Assembly: GCA_034669905.1 (NCBI GenBank)
Contig: JAXMOL010000003.1
Location: 64,001 to 128,000, forward strand
Reading direction: 5' to 3'
DNA: 64,000 nucleotides
Origin: Candidatus Hydrogenedentota bacterium
GTDB taxonomy: Bacteria; Hydrogenedentota; Hydrogenedentia; Hydrogenedentales; JAEUWI01
This document shows, piece by piece, positions 56,838 through 64,000 of the stretch. A program made the position numbers and the translations under genes. The notes under the pieces were generated by a model. The model made no database searches. It saw nothing but the letters and a program-made list of their open reading frames with translations, and was not told where the DNA came from. Numbering within the stretch: the first letter of the stretch is position 1; the number at the start of each line of letters is the position of its first letter.

Positions 56838-57272
56838 ATGAAAAACAACAAGGGATTTACACTCATCGAATTGATGATAGTCGTCGAGATTATTGCCATA
56901 CTCGCCGCCATCGCGGTGCCCAATTATATCCGGACCCGAATTCAGGCCAATGAGGCCTCGGCCGTCGCGAGCCTCCGCGTGATACTGGATGCGGAAACGA
57001 ACTACAACACCCAGTACTATGTGTACGCGACGGATCTGGCGTCATTGACCAACGAAGATCCGCCGTTCCTAACCGGCGGTGACTGGACCGCCCCGAAGAA
57101 TGGATATACCTTTCGCGTGGAAGGGGACCCGCTGAATTTCATCGCCTATGCGACCCCGGTCGAGTTTAACGTGACCGGGTGGCACGGGTTTCTCATTGAC
57201 CAGACGGGGGCCATACGCTACGAAATCGGGCAGGAGCCCACGGTGACGAGTCCAACCATATCGGATATTTAG
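56838..57272 (+). CDS. Type IV pilin (prepilin)
   Basis: KG|FTLIEL class III signal peptide, hydrophobic helix and ANEASA motif. Confidence 0.9.
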   Translation: MKNNKGFTLIELMIVVEIIAILAAIAVPNYIRTRIQANEASAVASLRVILDAETNYNTQYYVYATDLASLTNEDPPFLTGGDWTAPKNGYTFRVEGDPLNFIAYATPVEFNVTGWHGFLIDQTGAIRYEIGQEPTVTSPTISDI

Positions 57273-57312
57273 CATCGTCATTGGGTGGCATCACCAGCCG
57301 CGGGTTCGCCGT

Positions 57313-58140
57313 CTACTTCTCTGGATTGAGATAAAGGACGTCGAGCCGCCCGGTCAGATAGTCGAAGGCTTCATCAACGGAATCGCACACGTGGAAGAGT
57401 TCCAGATCTGTTTCGCTGATGGTGCCCCAGTCGACGAGGGCCTGAAAATTGAGCACGTCCTCCCAGTACTGTTTTCCATAGAGTACGATGGGCATGGGCT
57501 TGGACGATTTTTCCGTCTGCACGAGGGTGAGTACTTCGAAGAGTTCATCCATGGTGCCAAAGCCGCCGGGAAAGACGACGAAGCCCTTGGCCAGATAAAC
57601 GAACCAGAATTTTCGGACGAAGAAGTAGTGGAATTCAAAGGCCAACTCGGGGGTTTGATAGGGATTGCCCGCCTGTTCAAAGGGGAGACTGATATTGAGC
57701 GATACTGATTTTCCACCGGCCTCGTGGGCACCGCGGTTTGCCGCCTCCATGATGCCCGGGCCACCGCCTGAGCAAATCATAAAGCGGTATCCCGACTTGG
57801 GAAGTGCGGCATTCCACCGGGTCAGGCGCGCAGCCAGCTCTACCGCGTCTTGATAGTATTGGGCATGGAGCACGGCGCGCTCGGCCCGCTTGAGGGCGGC
57901 GCGGGCTGCTTCCGTGGGCATGGCTTCGGCTTCCAGGGCATCCTGCGCGGTCTGGCGTTGCACCTCGGCTTCCTCGGGGGGCAGGGTGCGGGCGGAACCG
58001 AAAAATACGATGGTGTCCCGCACACGGAGCTTCTGAAAACGACTGCGGGGTTCCACAAACTCGCACAAGACCCGGATGTGCCGGGCGTCGGGGGAGTTCA
58101 AAAAAGTGAGATTCTTGTATGCTTTTTCGGGGGCGGACAT
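57313..58140 (-). CDS. LOG family nucleotide monophosphate nucleosidase
   Basis: FFGSAR, GGGPGIMEAANRGA, YFFVRK and PGGFGTMDE motifs. Confidence 0.9.
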   Translation of the reverse strand: MSAPEKAYKNLTFLNSPDARHIRVLCEFVEPRSRFQKLRVRDTIVFFGSARTLPPEEAEVQRQTAQDALEAEAMPTEAARAALKRAERAVLHAQYYQDAVELAARLTRWNAALPKSGYRFMICSGGGPGIMEAANRGAHEAGGKSVSLNISLPFEQAGNPYQTPELAFEFHYFFVRKFWFVYLAKGFVVFPGGFGTMDELFEVLTLVQTEKSSKPMPIVLYGKQYWEDVLNFQALVDWGTISETDLELFHVCDSVDEAFDYLTGRLDVLYLNPEK

Positions 58141-58318
58141 GAAAATGATATTTCCTGGGGGAGATTGCAACCAATATTTGAGGCCCCGGTCACCTGCAAA
58201 ACTTGCAACGTGCGCCGTCCATATACCCTAATGGGTAAAGAGGATAGAACCCTGATACATAATGGGAGAGACTCTTGCACACCGCGCAGTCCAATCGCAA
58301 CTACCGCTGTATGACCCG

Positions 58319-59230
58319 ATGAAGGTGTTAGACCTTACGGGGCAGCGTATTTCTGATCGCTACGTGGTGAAAAAGACACTGGGCTACGGCGGTATGGGGA
58401 CCGTGTACCTGGTCTACGACGAGCGGCGTCTGCGCGATGTGGCCCTGAAACTGCTCCACGACAAGCACCGCGACCACGATTGGATCGTGGCCCGCTTCGC
58501 ACGGGAGGTGGATGTATTGCGTACGCTCGAACATCCCAATGTCGTGGATCTTATCGATGCCGGTCACGACGGCCGCATGCTGTATTACACGATGGAATAC
58601 ATCAAGGGCTATAACCTGCGGGAATGGATGTATCTCCAGAAAGAAATGGACTTTGGCTCCGTGGTCCACATCCTGTGCCTGACGGCGAAGGGGCTGAACT
58701 ACGTGCACCGGCGCTACATTCACCGGGACATTGCCCCGGAGAATGTGATGGTCTGTAAGGACGGCACCGTCAAGGTCATTGACTTTGGATTGGCGCGAAA
58801 GAACGTCTGTGATGAAGGCCTGACCATTATCGGCACCAATCTTGGCCGCACGGAATACAACGCTCCGGAGCAGGAGCGAAACGCCGCCATGGCAGATTTT
58901 CGCGCCGATATCTACCCCCTGGGTAAGATGCTCTATGAAATGATGACCGGTGATTTGCCGGCACGGGATGCCAGCCTGGAATCGCTCGCGGCCGATCTGC
59001 CACCGGGGTGTCTGCCCTTCTTACAGCGCACCCTCGCGATCGATCCCCAACGTCGTTACCGATCGGCGGCGGAAGCAGGTGCCGCCCTGCTGGCCATCTA
59101 TCAGGCGACCCAGCAATCCAGCGCGTCCAAGCCATCGCTGGCAACAGAAGCCACGGCACCGTCGGGTGGAAGTCTGTGGGTCCGCCTCGTCGGGGCAGCG
59201 CGGAAACTGTTCCGTCGCAAGGCGGCCTGA
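58319..59230 (+). CDS. Hanks-type Ser/Thr protein kinase
   Basis: LGYGGMGTVY, VALK, HRDIAPEN, DFGLA and APE motifs; start may be 58262. Confidence 0.88.
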   Translation: MKVLDLTGQRISDRYVVKKTLGYGGMGTVYLVYDERRLRDVALKLLHDKHRDHDWIVARFAREVDVLRTLEHPNVVDLIDAGHDGRMLYYTMEYIKGYNLREWMYLQKEMDFGSVVHILCLTAKGLNYVHRRYIHRDIAPENVMVCKDGTVKVIDFGLARKNVCDEGLTIIGTNLGRTEYNAPEQERNAAMADFRADIYPLGKMLYEMMTGDLPARDASLESLAADLPPGCLPFLQRTLAIDPQRRYRSAAEAGAALLAIYQATQQSSASKPSLATEATAPSGGSLWVRLVGAARKLFRRKAA

Positions 59231-59233
59231 GCG

Positions 59234-60151
59234 TCAGTCCTGTTGCAGTTCATGGAGGTGGTAGGCCACGCTTTCCCCCAAGGCCTGAAGGTGATAGCCC
59301 CCCTCTAACAGCGACACGATACGGCCATTGGCGACCCCTTTAATCAGGCGGGTCATCTCTTTATAGGTCTCGGACTCCAGGCGTTGATTGGCGAGGGGAT
59401 CCAGGTGGTGGGCATCGAAACCGGCCGAGATCAGCAGGAATTCGGGGTCAAAGGCTTCAAAGGCAGGCAGCACATCTTCCTCGATGGCCGCAAGCCACGC
59501 ATCGGGGCCGCATTCCATGGTCATGCAGACATTCAGGTTGGTGTTTTTCTTGCCCCGTTCCGAAGGATGGCCCGTGCCGGGGTAGTGGGGATACTCGTGC
59601 AGGCTGCAATAAAAAATACTGTCATCGCTGTAGGTAATGTCCTGGGTGCCATTGCCATGGTGCACGTCCCAATCCAGGATGGCCACCCGCCTCACGCCCC
59701 CTTCGGTGCGCAGCCAACGTGCGGTAATGGCCGCGTTGTTGAAGAGGCAAAATCCCATCACCTTGTTGCGTTCGGCGTGATGCCCGGGGGGACGTACCGC
59801 GCAGAAGGCGTTATCTGCCGCCCCTTCCAAAACCAGCCGTGCCGCTTCGATGGCGCTACCCGCACCCAGTAGTGCCGCGTCCCACGAGCCGGGTCCCATG
59901 GTGGTGTCCGGGTCGGGAAAGGGCTCGCCCGAGAGGCAGTACTTCTGTACGAGCCCGATATGATCCTGGGAGTGGCACCGTGCCAAATCGTCGAGGGAGG
60001 CCTTTCGCTTAGCAACCGTCACCGCGGGCGAAAGACCCGCCGCCTCCATGGCGTGTTGAATCGCGATCATCCGCGCGGCGCTCTCTGGATGCCCCGCTCC
60101 CGTGTTATGTTTTTGCGATTCCTCGCATTGAAAAAAAGCCGTTCGTGCCAT
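59234..60151 (-). CDS. Histone deacetylase family amidohydrolase
   Basis: HPE, RPPGHHA, GFCLFNN, DWDVHHGNGT, SAGFD and LEGGY motifs. Confidence 0.93.
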   Translation of the reverse strand: MARTAFFQCEESQKHNTGAGHPESAARMIAIQHAMEAAGLSPAVTVAKRKASLDDLARCHSQDHIGLVQKYCLSGEPFPDPDTTMGPGSWDAALLGAGSAIEAARLVLEGAADNAFCAVRPPGHHAERNKVMGFCLFNNAAITARWLRTEGGVRRVAILDWDVHHGNGTQDITYSDDSIFYCSLHEYPHYPGTGHPSERGKKNTNLNVCMTMECGPDAWLAAIEEDVLPAFEAFDPEFLLISAGFDAHHLDPLANQRLESETYKEMTRLIKGVANGRIVSLLEGGYHLQALGESVAYHLHELQQD

Positions 60152-60211
60152 TGCGTCTACTACGTCCTTCCTTTCCCCGGGCCGTGCGAAGCCACTCACA
60201 AGCGCACGTGC

Positions 60212-63200
60212 TCAGGGCAGCGCTAAGATTCCCCACTGATCCTTCCCCGACGGCCGAATATAGGCCGCGCTGAAAACCCATATTATCACCTTGCGGCGGT
60301 CGATGTACGATTTGCCTTTGCGGGCCAGCACCCGGGGAATAATAGGACCCGCCGCGTTGCCCAGATGGGAGGCCAGCGGCATGCCCAGTTCAGCCGCAAG
60401 ATGGGCGCTCAGATGGCCCGACAACTCGTTGAAGATCAGCGTGTAGCTATCGCCCATGACCAACGCGGGGCTGTTGTCGTCGTCTGTATAGGGCATGTTA
60501 TCCGCATCAAGTATGCGGGTGACATTCCAGTGCGTTCCGTCGTAGGCCCCCTGCCGTTCTGCTGGCAGGCGGTGGGCAAGATAGGGGATACCCACCGGCT
60601 TTTCCACCGCCGTCGGATGGAAGGGCACCGTCCCCCGCTCCGGCAGGATTCCTTCCGGGATGTGCCGCGCTATTTCCTTTGCCGCGATCGCGATGGCGGT
60701 GCTGTTCCAATGTCCGTCCCCCTCCAGGTAGAGGCTGACATCCGGGTGGGCCGCACGGTAGGCCATGAATTCGGGAAGAAGATCCAGGGCATCCACGCCG
60801 GCCTCCTGCAGCGAGGTTATAAAATTGCTTCGGGGTGGAAAGGGCGGCGCGGAGGAATCCCACGTCGGCAGAAAGGAATCCACGTGGACTTCAATGGCCA
60901 TAGGGGCCGGGACCACGATGAGGTGGATGCCCCGCGCGCGCAGCTGTCGATGGATGTCCACGATGGAAGCGAAGGCCGGGGAAGGGCCGCTGTCTGGTGC
61001 GCCGGGTTTGGCGCGTTGGAGATCGCGCTGGAGAAGGTACTGGGCCGCCTGGCGGGTAAACAGAAACCCGTTGGCTCCTTCCAGCACATTGGGCGCGCCT
61101 TGATTGTATTCGTCGACCACCTGCCGGGCCCGGGCTTCGAGAGCCTCGTGGGGTGTCGGCGCTTCCGGAGGGGCGGCGACCTCCTCACGGGGTTGTGCCG
61201 GGCCCCCTGCGGCGATGGTGGCCTCAAAAACCTCTGACGGCAACAGTTCACTTTCCAGCGCGGCCCGATCGGGCACGGTGGCGCGCAATAGCTTTGCGAC
61301 CTTGCCACGACGGCCCAGAAGGGCCCAATGGAGTGCCGACATCCCCTGCGCATTGTGGCGGGCCGGATCGGCACCCCGCTCCAGCAACGTGGCGACGAGG
61401 GCCTGGTTGCCGATGAAGGCTGCCCAGTCCAGCGGGTGGAGGGTGGCCTTGTCGGGCACGTGGTGCTTAAAGGAATCCCGAGCCGGGTGTCGGCCGATGG
61501 TTTTTCCATAGATGTCCGTGTAGCGGTAGTCGAGGTGGTCACGGTCAAATCGTACCCATTTTCCCCCATGGTGAATATCGGCACCGTGGGTCAGGAGCAG
61601 GGCGATCATAGCGGGATTGTTGCGCCAGATGGCGTAGAAAAGCGGGGAAAACTGGTTGATGTCGCCCCGGTTGGGGTCGACCCCCGCCTCCAAGAGCCAC
61701 CGTGCCCGCTCCAGATCGTTCTGGTAGACCGCTTTGTGCAGGGGGGTGCCCTGTCGAATGAAGGAGCGCCAGTTTTCTGCAGCGTTGATATCGGCACCGG
61801 CTTTCAGGAAGAAGCGGGCGAGGGCGTCGGTGTGGGCCCACATGAAGGGCGTCGATTGATTGCCATCAGGAATATCGATGGCCGCGCCCTGCTCGAGGAG
61901 TACTCGGGCGGTCTCCGGTGCGCGTGCCAGGTGAAGTGGGGCGACGTGGCCCGCAGATTTCAGGTTGGGATCTATGCCCGGCAGTAGGAGGTGGCGAAGG
62001 GCCACGTTGTTGCCGAAGAGTGCGGCCAGATGGATTGGGCTCAGACCCAGTGGTCCCGGGGATTCTGGTGCGTAGCCGTGTTGTACCAGCAGATCGATTA
62101 TCGTGCCCTCGGAGGTGCCCATGGCGGCCCAGTGAAGGGGCGTGGCGCCATCCCGGCTGCGCACGTCGCGGAGGGACTCCGTTTGCAACAGATGGCGAAC
62201 GAGGTCTACATCGCCCTGGTGGACGGCATAGTGCAGTGGGGAAGCGCCTTCCTCCGTGCGCCAGGTGTGGTGGTGGTCCGATGCCAACAGCGCGGTCCGT
62301 GCCGTTTCGGGGTGGTGGGCCATGGTGTGGAAAAAGCGCTCTTCCCGGTTGCCGAACCATCCGAGGGCCACCAGGGCTACGAACAGAACGGTCAGGGCAA
62401 TGCCGAGGCGACGGCCCGGTTTCCACCGGGCCAGGGAATCCCGCCAGGCAATCGGCCGGGGGGCATCGGGGATGGCCGGGTAGGCGACGAGGCACTGGCC
62501 ATACCAATAGGGGCGGCGTGCGATTGCGGCCGCGAAAACAATCAGCCGGGTCCAGCCCAGGGTTGCGATGACAGTGGGGAAAAGGAAAAGGGCGGCCTGG
62601 ACGTAGCGGGGAATCGGCGGTTCCACGAGGATGACCAGCAGCATTTTCAGGAGGAAAAAGAGTCCGGCAATCAGTAGCAGCACCGAGACGGCACCACCGG
62701 AGTAGGGGCGGGAGCCTTCGCCAAAGGCGCGTCGCTCCAGGGGCCAGGAAAAGACCACGAGCACAAGGAGGACAATGGCCAGGGCGATGGAGGGGGGGGC
62801 GTGCCACCCGAAGGCCATACCGCCATGGCCGCCGAGTACCAGGTCCATGGCGAGGCTGCTGCCTTCCACAATCGCCTCGGTCAGCCAAAGGGCGTAGAGG
62901 TCGATGTGGTGGCGAAAGATCTGCTGGCTCATGCGGCTCAGGGCCTGATCCTGCCGCACGTTGTCTGCCCGGGCCGCGTCTGGCGGAAACTGTGCCTGGA
63001 CGGCCCGCGCGATGCGATTGACGTTGACGGCGTATTGGTTGGAGACGGCGCGCCAGTCATCCTGCCAGCCGGGCGTGCTCAGGAAGCGTGGGGTGGGCCA
63101 GCCTTCCCGCGTGCGGGCCATCAGCATGGCAAGGGGTTGCTCTTCTATGGGGAGGGATTGGACGGTGTCGGGCCGCACCATCTCCACGGAGATGCCCACG

Positions 63201-63892
63201 GTGTTCTGCCCCCCGAAAGAGACGAGCCCAAAGTGCCCCACGACAACCAGGCGGAGCAGGCAGAAGAGGAGCAGGGGCAGGGTGCAGGCGCCCAGGGTGG
63301 CCACGCCATGGCGAAGCCCCTTCCCAGGGGCCTGGAATCCCCACCGCTTGCCATAGAGGAACAACCAGCTCAATGGCAGAAAGACGAGTAGAAAGAGAAA
63401 CGCAGGGCGCATCTGAAAGGCCAGAAAGACGGACGCGGCGAGTCCCAGGTACGCGATAGGACGACGGGTGGCCGTTGCCCAGAGCAGACATCCGATGGCC
63501 GCCACGGCGAAGCACTTGGCCAGGGTCTCGGGCATGACCACCTCCACCGGCACCACCCAGAGAATCGGCGAGGCCGCGACAAGGGCCGTCATGCCGGTCA
63601 GTCCATAGCGACGCAGTCCAACAGCAAACACGGCGGTGCAGCAGAGAAGCAGGGCCATCTGGGCCACCGGATAACTTTCAAGCCCCCAACCCAGTCGGGC
63701 CATCAATGCGTGAAATACGGGGTAGCCCAGGGTCCGGATGTCGCTCAGGGACTCGCTCAGGGGCCACAAGGGTACCTTGAAGTAGTGGTCTCCGAGTCCG
63801 GGTACGTTGGGTGTCAGTCCATTCGCATAACTCAGTGCAAGGGCGGCTTGTAAGACAAAGAGCGCCATCGCGGTAGCGTCACCACGTTTCAT
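60212..63892 (-). CDS. GT-C-like polytopic membrane domain + ankyrin repeats + AlgX/AlgJ SGNH O-acetyltransferase-like domain
   Basis: RTLGYPVF, PETL, RP and RY membrane motifs; about 9 TPLH-type repeats; G.NGFLF, DGHWN and GDSY motifs. Confidence 0.75.
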   Translation of the reverse strand: MKRGDATAMALFVLQAALALSYANGLTPNVPGLGDHYFKVPLWPLSESLSDIRTLGYPVFHALMARLGWGLESYPVAQMALLLCCTAVFAVGLRRYGLTGMTALVAASPILWVVPVEVVMPETLAKCFAVAAIGCLLWATATRRPIAYLGLAASVFLAFQMRPAFLFLLVFLPLSWLFLYGKRWGFQAPGKGLRHGVATLGACTLPLLLFCLLRLVVVGHFGLVSFGGQNTVGISVEMVRPDTVQSLPIEEQPLAMLMARTREGWPTPRFLSTPGWQDDWRAVSNQYAVNVNRIARAVQAQFPPDAARADNVRQDQALSRMSQQIFRHHIDLYALWLTEAIVEGSSLAMDLVLGGHGGMAFGWHAPPSIALAIVLLVLVVFSWPLERRAFGEGSRPYSGGAVSVLLLIAGLFFLLKMLLVILVEPPIPRYVQAALFLFPTVIATLGWTRLIVFAAAIARRPYWYGQCLVAYPAIPDAPRPIAWRDSLARWKPGRRLGIALTVLFVALVALGWFGNREERFFHTMAHHPETARTALLASDHHHTWRTEEGASPLHYAVHQGDVDLVRHLLQTESLRDVRSRDGATPLHWAAMGTSEGTIIDLLVQHGYAPESPGPLGLSPIHLAALFGNNVALRHLLLPGIDPNLKSAGHVAPLHLARAPETARVLLEQGAAIDIPDGNQSTPFMWAHTDALARFFLKAGADINAAENWRSFIRQGTPLHKAVYQNDLERARWLLEAGVDPNRGDINQFSPLFYAIWRNNPAMIALLLTHGADIHHGGKWVRFDRDHLDYRYTDIYGKTIGRHPARDSFKHHVPDKATLHPLDWAAFIGNQALVATLLERGADPARHNAQGMSALHWALLGRRGKVAKLLRATVPDRAALESELLPSEVFEATIAAGGPAQPREEVAAPPEAPTPHEALEARARQVVDEYNQGAPNVLEGANGFLFTRQAAQYLLQRDLQRAKPGAPDSGPSPAFASIVDIHRQLRARGIHLIVVPAPMAIEVHVDSFLPTWDSSAPPFPPRSNFITSLQEAGVDALDLLPEFMAYRAAHPDVSLYLEGDGHWNSTAIAIAAKEIARHIPEGILPERGTVPFHPTAVEKPVGIPYLAHRLPAERQGAYDGTHWNVTRILDADNMPYTDDDNSPALVMGDSYTLIFNELSGHLSAHLAAELGMPLASHLGNAAGPIIPRVLARKGKSYIDRRKVIIWVFSAAYIRPSGKDQWGILALP

Positions 63893-64000
63893 CGTAATTC
63901 CTGTTTGGGTCGGGCGTGATTACCGGAAGCAGTCCGGTGAAGTATTTCCAGTATACGTGGGCGTGGTGAATCGGGCCAAATTGCGCCCGGCGGACGTGGG

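Noticed and set aside
56856..57269. Pilin as a conductive e-pilin (16 F/W/Y in 138 mature residues)
   Set aside because: No aromatic residue at position 27 and a 25-residue aromatic-free gap between Y24 and Y50; no supporting context

Overview
GC-rich bacterial chromosomal window of about 55 genes with no rRNA, tRNA, CRISPR array, transposase or integrase that I can support. Gene content (multiple HDOD proteins, Tat-exported Gfo/Idh/MocA enzyme, PmoA-like PF14100 protein, type IV pilin) suggests a Hydrogenedentota/PVC-like lineage, which is inference only. Housekeeping blocks are rpsF-ssb-rpsR-DUF2232-rplI-dnaB-dapA, divergent metF/metH, thiG and clcA. The accessory part is rich in signalling: a Cys-less LOV-like PAS-PP2C phosphatase, an MshEN-HDOD fusion, a hybrid kinase lacking its phosphoacceptor His, and an HK/HD-GYP/HDOD operon. 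The most notable observations are (i) a 1226-aa GT-C-like membrane domain + ankyrin repeat + AlgJ/AlgX SGNH fusion, (ii) a 64-aa ORF behind a sigma54-type promoter, one of three such promoters, two of which share a putative activator site, (iii) a leaderless small-protein/nucleotidyltransferase TA-like pair, (iv) a dispersed intergenic repeat family forming inverted pairs, (v) a stand-alone PilC/GspF N-terminal-like microprotein, and (vi) a DnaB ending in an SSB-like DDxPF tail. All family assignments come from motif recognition by eye; no database searches were run.
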